A stretch of DNA of 63,977 nt, filler included. It is 8 parts of 8 records of this genome, joined end to end, with 100 filler letters (N's around TTAATTAATTAA, not from the genome) between each part and the next. Parts side by side here need not be neighbours in the genome. Positions count along the whole stretch, not along the records: positions 29,020 to 38,739 come from SRR31156797_3738; positions 38,840 to 50,268 come from SRR31156797_3743; 6 more parts are not named here. One strand, 5' to 3'. Every line of letters begins with the position of its first letter. Positions within the stretch are counted from its first letter, which is position 1. The position numbers and the translations under genes are program-made. Below the pieces are notes generated by a model that was not told the DNA's origin, made no database searches, and worked only from the letters and a program-made list of their open reading frames with translations. Shown piece by piece: positions 29,447 through 40,094 of the stretch.

Positions 29447-29527
29447 TGGTGAAAACTAAATCATGAATTTCATTTCCAAATCAAATTGTTTGGGATTTTA
29501 AAATGTCTTTTCTCGAATAAAAGGCGA

Positions 29528-31873
29528 ATGTTCTCCATACGGAATTTTAAAGAGGCGAAAATCAAAAATCAGCCTAAAAACAAGACTGAACGGATTGGAA
29601 AAAACCTGGCCGGAGGATTTGCGATATTAATCATCGCAGGATTTCTCTTGATGTCCAGTGCATATCTATCCTTATTTCACCAGGCGCTATTGGGCGGGCT
29701 GCTGGTGCTTATTATCGGGATCACCAGCATGGTCAGTGCCCATACAGCAAAACTGTCAAGAATACTGATTATGACCATTTGTTTCTTTTTAACTTTGAGA
29801 TATCTGCAGTTCAGGATTAATGTGAGTCTGTCATTCAACGGGATGCCGGATATGATTGCCGCATTGATGTTATTTAGCGCCGAGGTCTATGGTATTGTTA
29901 TCTATTTTTTTGGCATGTTCGTTAATGTTTGGCCGCTGGATCGCCGCTCAGTTGACCTGTCGATTGAACCCTTGGATTGTCCCACTGTGGATATTTATAT
30001 CCCAACATATAACGAACCGGTTGATATGGTGAAAATTACAGCCCTTGCTGCGACCCAGATTCTTTACCCCAAAGAAAAACGAACTATCTATATCCTGGAT
30101 GATGGGGGGACGAAACAACGACTGGATGATGCAAATAAAGACAAGGCTCAAGCGGCCAGGCACCGATCAAACAAGCTCAAACAGCTCGCATCAGAATTGT
30201 CTATCATCTATGCGACCCGGGATGAAAACGTCTCTGCCAAAGCCGGAAATCTGAACGAGGCGCTGCTCAGCTGTGAATGTACCCTGGATGAAGATGCGTT
30301 TGACGGCATGTCATGTATAAATCACGGCATTCAGCAGGGCTGTGGCGACTTGATACTCATCCTTGACTGCGATCACGTTCCGACAAGGGATTTTCTCAAA
30401 AAAACAGTTGGCTTTTTCCTCAAAGACCCCACTCTTTTTTTGCTACAAACCCCTCACTATTTTATTAATCCGGATCCTTTAGAAAAAAATTTGAATATTT
30501 TTAAAAAAAGCCCCAGTGAAAATGAAATGTTCTACGGTGCGATTCACCCGGGACTGGATTTTTGGAATGCATCCTTTTTTTGCGGATCTGCCGCGATCTT
30601 GAGGCGCAAATACCTGATGGAAACAGGCGGTATTGCCGGAAATTCCATAACAGAGGATGCGGAAACCGCATTGGGTCTCCATGCCAAAGGGTATTCAAGC
30701 GCATATTTAAAAAAACCACTGATTATCGGCCTGACACCGGAGACGTTTTCGGATTTCATCATCCAGAGAAGTCGATGGGCACAAGGGATGATACAAATTT
30801 TCATTCTTAAAAACCCGTTGTTGCAAAAAGGGCTGAGCCTACCCCAGCGGATCTGCTATTTCAATGCCACACTGTTCTGGTTTTTTGGCATTGCCCGGAT
30901 CATTTTTTATTTATCTCCCTTGGTCCTACTTTTTTTTGGGCTCAGGATTTACAATGCATCATTGACTCAGGTGCTGGCTTACGCCTTGCCCCACCTTCTG
31001 GGGGCACACATCCTATCCAATTTTCTTTTTGGCCGATTTCGACACCCGTTTTTTTCAGAACTTTATGAAACCATTCAAAGCATCTACCTGCTGCCGGCTA
31101 TTCTGTCGGTCATTATGAAACCCAGAGCACCTGTGTTTAAAGTTACACCCAAGGCGGTTTCCCATGGTAAAGATTTTTTAAGCCATTTATCGATGCCGTT
31201 TTACCTGATGCTCATTATCAGTGCCGCAGGCTGTGTCACCGGCATCTACCAGATGATCAGAACCCCTGAAATGATGGACTCCATCCTCATTTGCATGGCA
31301 TGGAATCTTTTTAACATGATTCTTTTGTTGGGTTGCCTTGGGGTGGTTTGGGAAAAACGCCAGTTGAGGAAACAGCACCGCTATGAAACCTGTGAAAACG
31401 TGACATTGGAATATAATCATAAGCGCATTTCCGGGACCATTTTTGACCTGTCCGTCTCCGGGGCCGGTATCCGGGTTAATGAGGATGCGGGTATAGGGGT
31501 CAATGACCGCTTGGTGCTCCATGTAAAAGACAGCCGTGGGGAGGCTTATCAGTTATCTGTAATCATTGAGCATATTATTTTTGCAGAAAGGCAGTTTAAA
31601 CTGGGTTGTTCATTTGTCAATGATACGCTGACACAACTAACGGCAACGGTCAATTTCGTATATGGGGACAGCAAGCGGTGGAAGTTTTACGGCCAACATC
31701 ATCATGATACCCGTATTGGAAATTTTTTTGGCTTTTTAAAACTTTTGCAAATAGGAATTTCAGGATTTATTTCCAACTTTAAAGGTGTTTCATCCCTTGT
31801 ATATCAAAATACCAAAATATACATTCATCGTATCTATCGCTTAATTTCCAAACATCGTGAGGATCTGTCGTGA
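29528..31873 (+). CDS. bcsA: cellulose synthase catalytic subunit (GT2 plus PilZ)
   Basis: PTYNE, DDG, KAGNLN, DCDH, QTPH, FFCGS, TED, QRSRW, FKVTPK; PilZ RKQHR and DLSVSG. Start uncertain (29486 or 29528). Confidence 0.95.
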   Translation: MFSIRNFKEAKIKNQPKNKTERIGKNLAGGFAILIIAGFLLMSSAYLSLFHQALLGGLLVLIIGITSMVSAHTAKLSRILIMTICFFLTLRYLQFRINVSLSFNGMPDMIAALMLFSAEVYGIVIYFFGMFVNVWPLDRRSVDLSIEPLDCPTVDIYIPTYNEPVDMVKITALAATQILYPKEKRTIYILDDGGTKQRLDDANKDKAQAARHRSNKLKQLASELSIIYATRDENVSAKAGNLNEALLSCECTLDEDAFDGMSCINHGIQQGCGDLILILDCDHVPTRDFLKKTVGFFLKDPTLFLLQTPHYFINPDPLEKNLNIFKKSPSENEMFYGAIHPGLDFWNASFFCGSAAILRRKYLMETGGIAGNSITEDAETALGLHAKGYSSAYLKKPLIIGLTPETFSDFIIQRSRWAQGMIQIFILKNPLLQKGLSLPQRICYFNATLFWFFGIARIIFYLSPLVLLFFGLRIYNASLTQVLAYALPHLLGAHILSNFLFGRFRHPFFSELYETIQSIYLLPAILSVIMKPRAPVFKVTPKAVSHGKDFLSHLSMPFYLMLIISAAGCVTGIYQMIRTPEMMDSILICMAWNLFNMILLLGCLGVVWEKRQLRKQHRYETCENVTLEYNHKRISGTIFDLSVSGAGIRVNEDAGIGVNDRLVLHVKDSRGEAYQLSVIIEHIIFAERQFKLGCSFVNDTLTQLTATVNFVYGDSKRWKFYGQHHHDTRIGNFFGFLKLLQIGISGFISNFKGVSSLVYQNTKIYIHRIYRLISKHREDLS

Positions 31874-34125
31874 AAAAAAATTTTATTTTTATGATCTGTT
31901 TAAGTCTATGGCTTCCGGCAGCCGTTCATGCACAAACCGTTTCTTTACCGCTAAAGGATTTCATGGCAGTGGATAACATCCGGCTTAGCGGTATAGAGGC
32001 AAATACACAGCGTTTTGAACTGAAACTGCCCATTCCGGAACGGTGGAAGGTCCATAAAGCCAGGCTGACATTTGGATATACCAATTCAAGTGCATTGATA
32101 AAGGATCGATCAAAACTGATTTTTGTCTTTGATGGATTCGTACTGGCCCAGGACAGCCTGGATCCGTTGGTGTATAAAAAGAAAATGACCGTAAACATTC
32201 CGCCGGAACTGCTCAGCCCGGGATACCATCCTTTTGAAATTCAAGTGGCCCAGCATTCGGTCGAAACCGGGTGCGAAGACCCGTCCGCACCGGAGTTGTG
32301 GACATCCATTGAACTGGTCGACGCCGTACTTGAACTTGAAATGGATTTAAAACGCATTCCCCTGAGGGTGTCGGCGATAAACGATTTTTTATATGATCCC
32401 AAAAATATCCATCCCCCGGATATTAATCTAATTTTCCCTGAACTCACACCGGGCATCATGAAATCCGTGGCGCTATGTGCCACAGGAATAGCCAACCGGT
32501 ATGAATATAGAAGGTTACGTTTTTTAAACACCGCCCAGATCAACCGCCGGACCGACACCATTCTAGTGGGGGACCTTGAATTTTTAAAATTAAAACTTTC
32601 CCGGTTTGGTTTGCCCGACAGTTTATGGGAAAATATCCAAGGCTCGCATTTAAGTCTTCATCCCCTGCCCTACATGGAACCCAATGGGGCATCAAAATCC
32701 AATCCAAAGACAGACCCTGGTCATGCATTAATCATTGTTTCCGGACGCAATGAAAATGAAATCCTCAGAGCAGCTACCGCCTTGTCTCTTCTGTCCATAC
32801 CATTGCCCGATGCGTCATCTGTTCACCTGACGGACATCCAGGTTCCCACCCTGGAACCCTATCGATTTAAAAACGGCCTGGTACCCGGATGTACATATAC
32901 CTTGAAAGCATTGGGGATGGACTCTTTTACCTTTAAAGGAATGACGCCCACCCCCAAAGGAATTGAATTCCGGGTCCCCTCCAGCGCCCACCTGACCCCC
33001 AATGATCAAGCAATTGTTTCCCTGACCATTGCCTACGGTGCAGCCATGAGAGAGGATTCTGTTCTCAACATCCAGCTGAACGACAAATTTGTTGCCGGTA
33101 TTCCTTTGAAAGATCCTTCCGGCGGGAAATATCTTGACTATGAAGTGCATATTTTGATGTCGTCTCTGAAACACGGCATCAACAAACTGTTATTCGCACC
33201 GGAGCTGGTCCCGCAGATAACGGATCAGTGTACCTTGATCCAAACCGGCAATCTGAGGATAACCGTATTTGAAAATTCCACCTTACGCCTTCCTGAAATA
33301 GACCAATGGATTGAAATGCCAAATTTGGGTGCATTGCTGACCGATGGGTTCCCGTTTGGCAGATTCCCGGATATGAGAGAAACCCAAATTGCCATTCCGG
33401 ACAGAACCCCGGCCTCATTTATGGCCTCTGTCAATCTGATTACAATGACGGCACAAAAGATCGGATTCCCTCCCCTTGAAGCGACCTGGCGTCTGGATAC
33501 CCCGGTATCAGAAGATAAAGATCTCATCTTTGTCTCACAAACCGATACCATCCCGCAACCCTTTATAGAGGCTGCTCCCATCAACCTGACAACGCCCGGT
33601 CCGATAAAAATGCCCCATCTGAGCAGGCCCAAGGGAGATTGTAAAAAAGACAGTCTATTATCCAAATTTTTCCATCCACGGCAGGGAAAAATTTCTCAAG
33701 TCACTATAAAAGAATCCAAACTGATCATCCTTCGCGCTGATCCTGTTTTAATTCAAGGTCGGGGGGCATGCATTGAATTTCAGAATCCCAAAGACAAAAA
33801 TAGGTCCGTATTCATGCTTACCGCAGGCAATAAAGCAGATATGGTAAAAACCGGGCAGGCAATCTGGAATCCAAGGGTGCAAGCATCCCTTAAAGGCGAT
33901 ACGGCATTAATCAATTTAACAGACCCGGAGTTGGATACCCGCTCGTTCAGGTTGGGTGACAATTATTACCTGGGCAAGGTGTCACCCATCCCGTTTATGG
34001 ATTATTATGCCAATACCTACCCATTGTGGTTCATTGGTGTGATTGCCGGCCTGTGTCTCAGCCTTGCGCTGCTGCTGTATCTGCTGCTGCGAGCAAAAAA
34101 TAAACGGAGGCTTACAGGTGAATAA
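31870..34125 (+). CDS. bcsB: cellulose synthase periplasmic subunit
   Basis: Signal peptide, CEDPSAPELWT, DGFPF, C-terminal TM anchor; GTGA overlap with bcsA. Confidence 0.9.
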   Translation: MKKNFIFMICLSLWLPAAVHAQTVSLPLKDFMAVDNIRLSGIEANTQRFELKLPIPERWKVHKARLTFGYTNSSALIKDRSKLIFVFDGFVLAQDSLDPLVYKKKMTVNIPPELLSPGYHPFEIQVAQHSVETGCEDPSAPELWTSIELVDAVLELEMDLKRIPLRVSAINDFLYDPKNIHPPDINLIFPELTPGIMKSVALCATGIANRYEYRRLRFLNTAQINRRTDTILVGDLEFLKLKLSRFGLPDSLWENIQGSHLSLHPLPYMEPNGASKSNPKTDPGHALIIVSGRNENEILRAATALSLLSIPLPDASSVHLTDIQVPTLEPYRFKNGLVPGCTYTLKALGMDSFTFKGMTPTPKGIEFRVPSSAHLTPNDQAIVSLTIAYGAAMREDSVLNIQLNDKFVAGIPLKDPSGGKYLDYEVHILMSSLKHGINKLLFAPELVPQITDQCTLIQTGNLRITVFENSTLRLPEIDQWIEMPNLGALLTDGFPFGRFPDMRETQIAIPDRTPASFMASVNLITMTAQKIGFPPLEATWRLDTPVSEDKDLIFVSQTDTIPQPFIEAAPINLTTPGPIKMPHLSRPKGDCKKDSLLSKFFHPRQGKISQVTIKESKLIILRADPVLIQGRGACIEFQNPKDKNRSVFMLTAGNKADMVKTGQAIWNPRVQASLKGDTALINLTDPELDTRSFRLGDNYYLGKVSPIPFMDYYANTYPLWFIGVIAGLCLSLALLLYLLLRAKNKRRLTGE

Positions 34126-35167
34126 ACTTAAAATAGCCTGCCTGTTAAGCGCCTTGGGTTGCTGTCTGATGATTGCAGGACTTTGTTTTGCAGAAACGCC
34201 AGGCACCTGGGAATATTACCGCTGCCATTTTGTTTCACAAGACGGCCGGGTCATTGATTTTTTTCAAAAAAAAACCAGCCATTCAGAAGGCCAGGGATAT
34301 GGCATGCTCCTGGCAGTTGCCCATCAAGACCGGGCGTCTTTTAACCGCATCTACAAATGGACCCGGCAAAACCTTATGGTCCGGGCCGACCCCCTTTCAA
34401 CCTGGCAGTGGGGTGTGCGTATCAATGGTCAATGGGACATCCTTGATTATAACAACGCAACCGATGGGGATCTGCTGATCGCCTGGGCCCTGATTGATGC
34501 GTCCCAATTGTGGGCCGAACCGGCTCTGGCCGACCACGCATTGTCCATTATTGCCGCAATTAAAAAGTCGCTGGTAATTAAAAAATACGGCCGGATGATC
34601 CTGTTACCTGGATATTTCGGCTTTTCATCCCCTGAAGCTGTCATTATTAATCCCAGCTATTTTGTTTATCCTGCGTTTGAAAAATTTGCACAAATCGATG
34701 AGCCTGAATTTTGGCGGACCCTGGCTACCCACAGCTTTGAACTGACATTTGGGCATTCCTTGACCCAGCTGGAATTACCCTGTGACTGGATATCCATGGA
34801 TGAAACCGGTGTGAAAATCAATAAGAAACGCAGTAAAAATTTTGGTTATGAAGCCATTAGAATTCCACTATACATGGCAATGTCCGATTCGCATAAGAAT
34901 GGGCTGACGCAATTTTCAAAATATCTGTCATTTTATAAAACAACCCAGATGCTGCCAAATGTAGTGGATTTAGTGGATAACCAGATATCGATGTTCATGG
35001 CCCCTGCCGGATTTTATGCGGTCTTTGCACGGTGCAGCCAAATCATTGGACAAAATAATCTGGGGACCCGGCTCATGGAAATCGCAGATAAAAAAATTTT
35101 AACGGAAAAAGACGATTATTATTCAAACACGCTTTATCTTCTGGCCCGTTCGGTGAAATTGCCATGA
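34118..35167 (+). CDS. bcsZ: GH8 endoglucanase
   Basis: DGRVID, SHSEGQGYGML, NNATDGDLLIAWAL, NPSY, YEAIRIPLY; GTG start with GGAGG SD. Confidence 0.92.
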   Translation: MNKLKIACLLSALGCCLMIAGLCFAETPGTWEYYRCHFVSQDGRVIDFFQKKTSHSEGQGYGMLLAVAHQDRASFNRIYKWTRQNLMVRADPLSTWQWGVRINGQWDILDYNNATDGDLLIAWALIDASQLWAEPALADHALSIIAAIKKSLVIKKYGRMILLPGYFGFSSPEAVIINPSYFVYPAFEKFAQIDEPEFWRTLATHSFELTFGHSLTQLELPCDWISMDETGVKINKKRSKNFGYEAIRIPLYMAMSDSHKNGLTQFSKYLSFYKTTQMLPNVVDLVDNQISMFMAPAGFYAVFARCSQIIGQNNLGTRLMEIADKKILTEKDDYYSNTLYLLARSVKLP

Positions 35168-37179
35168 ACATTTTTCTAAAAACGACTGTCATATGCAGTA
35201 TCATTTTGTCTCTTTTCTATTGTCCTGCCTTGACAGCCAAAGAACTGACCGATGGTGAAATTCTGGCCACTGCTTGGCATCAGTTCAATGAAGGCAAGCT
35301 GACCCAAGCTGCGAAAGGATTTATCCAAGTCCAAATGGCTCCGGATATGACGTTGAGGCAAAATGCCCGGATGGGACTGGGATATACCCGTTTGAAACAG
35401 GGGAAAAAAGAGGAGGCTAAGTCCATATTTTCTTTACTGATCAAAGACGGCTATCAATTGCCCAAAACGCTGCCGGCTCTTATGGAAGCCTATCCGGAAG
35501 GCGCAGCAAAGAGAGCTTTGATTGCCCGGCGTATCCTGAGAATTAATCCCACGCATGAATTTGCGCTGATCGTTTCTGCATGGGATCATTATCACAACAA
35601 AAATTATGCGGCAGCTGAGTTGGATTTCAAACACCTGTCCGCCATCACCCCCGATAATCAGGACACCCACATTGGTTTAGGCTACAGCCTGCTGCACCAA
35701 AAGAAATTGGAAGAAGCGATACGCCTCATGGAAAACCCAGGGCTGCCGCAATCGGAAAAACTGATGGAATTACGGGAAAACATCTATCGTGAAGCGATTT
35801 TGGACAACCTGGCCCAAAACCGATTTTCAGAGGGCAAAAATTTATTCTACCGGCTGATTCTTCTGGATAATAACAGATCCAGCCAAGCCATTACAAATAT
35901 GGGTGTTCAGGTCCTTGATGGATATATGCGCGGAAGTCAAAGGGCTGATGCCTGGAGTCTGGCCGATGATATGAGTCACAGCAGCCTTATTGGTGTCAGG
36001 CGCGCAGCAGCTTATTTTTACGAAAAATATAAGGCACCAATTATGGCAGCCCAGGTTCTCGATGACCCGGACGCCTGTTTTGCAAATGCCGACGCTCCCC
36101 GGATTAACGCATCCGTGTATTTTCGTCACCGGTCTGGTGATCCCGGTCTGTCCCGGCTTAATGAAATCGCATTTCCGGTTTCAACCAGCATCTGTCTTCT
36201 TTTTGGCCATCAACTGACCTTTTCCCATGTTTATAAGCAACTTGACAGCAGTGATCCGTCAGCCTTTCGGGCAGGCAGCTATTATTGGTACCAAGACGGG
36301 AGTCAATCTAAAGCGGCATTAGACAATCAGTCTAACTTCCATCAGCTCTGGTTAAGTTATAAAAAAGAAGGGTCCTATCCCTTCAACGTGACCATTGGCA
36401 CGTCACCCATTGGCGGGGATGCCGGTATAACGCCGCTTTTCAATATCGATACAACCGTCAACGGATTTGAGATCGAGATTCACCGCAGTGGGGTCGACGA
36501 ATCCATCCTGTCCTATGCCGGTTTAAATGATCCTTATGGAGATGACGCCTGGGGGCGGGTAACCAAAACGGGCGGAAAATTAGGACATACAATTATCCCG
36601 TGGGAAAGCTGGTGGCTCAGTGGACGTATCGGTTTTGATATATACCGGGGCGAAAATGTGACAGATAACACCGCATGGACGATTGACTTGGCTTTTGGTC
36701 AGACACAGCAACTTGGTAAAAAATGGGAGTTTACCTATGGTGTTTATGGGTCTTATCAACATTTTGACCGCAACTCAAATTTTTTTACATTTGGTCATGG
36801 CGGCTATTACAGCCCGGAACATATGATTTCAACCGGTCCGCTGGTACGAATCAAATCTCGCCCTTGCCTTGATTATTATATTGACATTCAAGTCTCAGGA
36901 GGCTGGATGTGGGAACAAACTGCGGATGCCCCGTTCTACCCTGAAACAATACCTATATCCGGACTTTCTGCAGCCGGCCGTATAGAATACACCGGTATCT
37001 ATCAAGGAAACAATGACAACGGTCCCACAGCGCTCATTCAGTTTGAAGCATGGAAATTATTGACCCGCAAACTGGCCATTGGCGCACATGCCAAAATGAA
37101 TCTGACGACTGAATTCAATACGTGGCAGATTGGATTAAATTTAAAATATTATTTTAAAAAACAAAAAAAAATTTGGTAA
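35164..37179 (+). CDS. bcsC: BcsC-type TPR plus outer-membrane export pore (short form)
   Basis: N-terminal TPRs; SILSYAG..DP....WGRV and FTFGHGGYYSP of the BcsC C-terminal barrel. Confidence 0.85.
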   Translation: MNIFLKTTVICSIILSLFYCPALTAKELTDGEILATAWHQFNEGKLTQAAKGFIQVQMAPDMTLRQNARMGLGYTRLKQGKKEEAKSIFSLLIKDGYQLPKTLPALMEAYPEGAAKRALIARRILRINPTHEFALIVSAWDHYHNKNYAAAELDFKHLSAITPDNQDTHIGLGYSLLHQKKLEEAIRLMENPGLPQSEKLMELRENIYREAILDNLAQNRFSEGKNLFYRLILLDNNRSSQAITNMGVQVLDGYMRGSQRADAWSLADDMSHSSLIGVRRAAAYFYEKYKAPIMAAQVLDDPDACFANADAPRINASVYFRHRSGDPGLSRLNEIAFPVSTSICLLFGHQLTFSHVYKQLDSSDPSAFRAGSYYWYQDGSQSKAALDNQSNFHQLWLSYKKEGSYPFNVTIGTSPIGGDAGITPLFNIDTTVNGFEIEIHRSGVDESILSYAGLNDPYGDDAWGRVTKTGGKLGHTIIPWESWWLSGRIGFDIYRGENVTDNTAWTIDLAFGQTQQLGKKWEFTYGVYGSYQHFDRNSNFFTFGHGGYYSPEHMISTGPLVRIKSRPCLDYYIDIQVSGGWMWEQTADAPFYPETIPISGLSAAGRIEYTGIYQGNNDNGPTALIQFEAWKLLTRKLAIGAHAKMNLTTEFNTWQIGLNLKYYFKKQKKIW

Positions 37180-37300
37180 CAGATCAATATTTGGAAAATT
37201 TCCCGGAGATATCGCCACCTTGCGAAATACCGAGGTGCATTAGGCCCCCTCACCGGGGGCCCTTCCAAACCGCTCGGCATACGGATACGAACCAAGTTTC

Positions 37301-37651
37301 TTAGAAATTAAAAACCTTTGCCTCTGCGGCCATATCAATAAGATGGGGACCGCCATCCAGCTGCATATTGGTGAAGAAAGCCGATTCATCAAGACCGCGG
37401 TTTTTCGCGCACGGGGTGCAGATGCCTGTGGTGACCTCATGTTCCACCAGATAGGGCAGGTAATCGGCCGGGCAGTCTCCCGTGTCTGTTTTGACACTCA
37501 GATCCCTGTCCTTATTGGCCCACATGACACCGCCATCAATGAAAAACATATCCACATGATGTCCTTTTGAATGCGCGATTTTGGCAAACTGGAAACATCT
37601 TGTGGCAGACTCATTATCATCCTTGCCGAGAACAAACAAAAAATTAGCCAT
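37301..37651 (-). CDS. DsrE family protein
   Basis: VDMFFIDGGV, CTPCAKNRG, KVFNF end. Confidence 0.8.
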   Translation of the reverse strand: MANFLFVLGKDDNESATRCFQFAKIAHSKGHHVDMFFIDGGVMWANKDRDLSVKTDTGDCPADYLPYLVEHEVTTGICTPCAKNRGLDESAFFTNMQLDGGPHLIDMAAEAKVFNF

Positions 37652-38012
37652 GATTTTCTCTCCTGTATCAGTGTGTTGGGATTTTATAAAAACGTCTGTG
37701 TAACCTTACATGAATCCTTCAACTTTTATTGTGGGTTGAGTCTGGATGTTGATATACCAGATCAGCCCACGGCTGTCATGTGAAATATATCCCACTGTGG
37801 TCCGTGGAATGAGTTCTCTGATAAAGTGTGATGTCGTAATCCGTCCGGCTTTTATAAACGCCGGGTGCTTTTTTTTGTCAAGGTTTTTAAGCGTTCAGGT
37901 TGACAATATAACAGCCTTCATCCTATACAACATAAAGGTGATGTTCCAAATACGTTTGAATCGGTAAACTGTAGCTAAATACCATAAAAAATAGGTATAG
38001 ACCCGTTTGAGT

Positions 38013-38739
38013 ATGAGACCTGAACAAATTCTCGTTGTTGATGACGAAAAACGGATTGTTGATAGCATTTCCAGATGCCTTACCCAGGAAGGCTTTAGCA
38101 TTGTCTGTGCCTATGATGGTCTGCAGGCAGTCACCTTGTTCAATACACAGAAATTCGACCTGGTATTGATGGATATTTCCATGCCCGGAATGGATGGATA
38201 TCAGGCCATGGCCAGGATGTTTGAAGTGGACCCCGAAATACTTGTCATTATTATGACCGGATTTGCCTCAGTGTCGTCTGCAGTCTCTGCTCTGAAACAA
38301 GGTGCCTGGGATTACCTGAAAAAACCCTTTGAATTTGCTGAGTTGATTAAAACCGTTAATAACGGAATTGCCCAGCGACATTTGATTGCTGAAAAAAAAC
38401 TTTACGCCGCCCGCCTTGAGGTCTCTGAAAAAAAATACCAGTACATAGTTGACAATTCACCGGATCTGATTTTCACCCTGGATAAAAATTTTTGTTTTTC
38501 TCTTGCCAATCAACAGTTTGAAACCCTTCTGGGGTATTTGCCACAGGAACTAAAAGGAAGTCCGTTTGACGGGATTCTCCACGAGGATGACCGCTGCAAA
38601 CTCGCCCAGTTGTTTCAGACCGACGGTCCGCCCACCCGGGAGCTGTCCCCCGGCTGCAACATTGCCCTGAATCTGCGCTTTAAAAAAGCCGGTGTAAAGG
38701 AAAACAGGCATGATCCTTATTCCGCCTTTGCATTCATGG
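38013..38739 (+). CDS. response regulator receiver plus PAS domain signalling protein (3'-partial)
   Basis: LVVDDE, DISMPGMDG, DYLKKP, then IVDNSPDLIFTLD PAS. Confidence 0.88.
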
Positions 38740-38839
38740 NNNNNNNNNNNNNNNNNNNNNNNNNNNNNNNNNNNNNNNNNNNNTTAATTAATTAANNNNN
38801 NNNNNNNNNNNNNNNNNNNNNNNNNNNNNNNNNNNNNNN
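38740..38839. other. artificial contig spacer
   Basis: N44-TTAATTAATTAA-N44. Confidence 0.99.
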
Positions 38840-39811
38840 TTCACCTTTATTCCATCGTGCTCCAATTCTCAGGTAAAACGCATTTCCGGTATTAATTGCG
38901 CGCAGGCTGTCAATCAAAATATTCTCAATAATCCCGCCATCGGGAGTTGCAATGGTAATGGCTGAACGATAGGTATCGTAAACTTTATTATTTATGATTT
39001 TGAAATTCTTATAACCTCCTTTAGTAACCGTTCCGAATTTAATTCCGTTGGCACTCGATCGAGCCACACAGTTGCGCACTTCCACGTTTTCGCACAGTTT
39101 GGTTGGATCGTGAGATTTAAAGCAGATGGCATCATCTGATGCATCGAAAAATGAATTGGTAATAAGAACATTTTTACAATCTACAACATCCAGTCCATCG
39201 TTATTCCAAAATGCCTTGCTATCAACAATTACTTTATTGATTGTTAAGTTTTCGCACTGGTCATACATTTGTACCCAATCGGCTGTATTTTTAAGGATAA
39301 TACCTTCAACTTTTACATTTTTACATTCGCGAAAACAAACACCTCTGGGACGGAATTTTCCAACCCTGTCGTATTTTAACGGATCATCCAATATACCTTT
39401 ATGCACCTGATCCAGTACACTATTGGCCAATTCGCGCCCCTGCCCATCGATTACGCCAAGCCCGGTAATCGAAATATCTTCAGCATTTTTGGCATACACA
39501 AGTGCTCTATAAGGGCTATTATAATTGTAATCGTAAATGTTAGTTGAGCCCACCAGAATAGCTCCTTCATGTAAAATGATGTGTACATTTGATTTTAGCT
39601 CAATGGTTCCTGTAAGGTAACGTCCAACATAAAAATGCAGATTACCTCCACCTTGTTCATATATATGATCAATGGCCTTTTGAATTGCCGTTGTATTTAA
39701 TGTTGTCCCATTGGATCGAATTCCAAAAATGGAGGCATTATAATCCACTGCATAAAGTTTTAATGTGGCCAACAATACCATAGACAAAACAAATAATTTT
39801 AATTTCTTCAT
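38840..39811 (-). CDS. glycoside hydrolase family 28 (3'-partial)
   Basis: TTAIQKAID, YLTGTIELKSNV, GVIDGQG, NNDGLD, DDAICFKS, IKFGT. Confidence 0.88.
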
Positions 39812-40004
39812 TTCTATTATTCTGTTTAATCAACTAGTTTATTTACTATTACAATACAAAACATATTTACCGACTGTTTAAAGGTCCTTTTTCTTCTTCT
39901 CTTTAGCTTTCTAAGATCATTATATTGAAGTTTTTTAATTGTATTATCAACAACCACACCCACTTCAGCTTATTTTATTTATTCCTCTACTAACCTTAAG
40001 ATTT

Positions 40005-40036
40005 AGAAAAGGAGGGGAACTTGCCCCACCTTTTCT
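40005..40036 (-). terminator. stem-loop downstream of susD
   Basis: agaaaagg...ccttttct inverted repeat with a gggg/cccc core. Confidence 0.55.
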
Positions 40037-40094
40037 CAAATTCAAATTGTTGTTGTAAACTATATTAAAATAATACCTGATTGTAATTAGCAGA

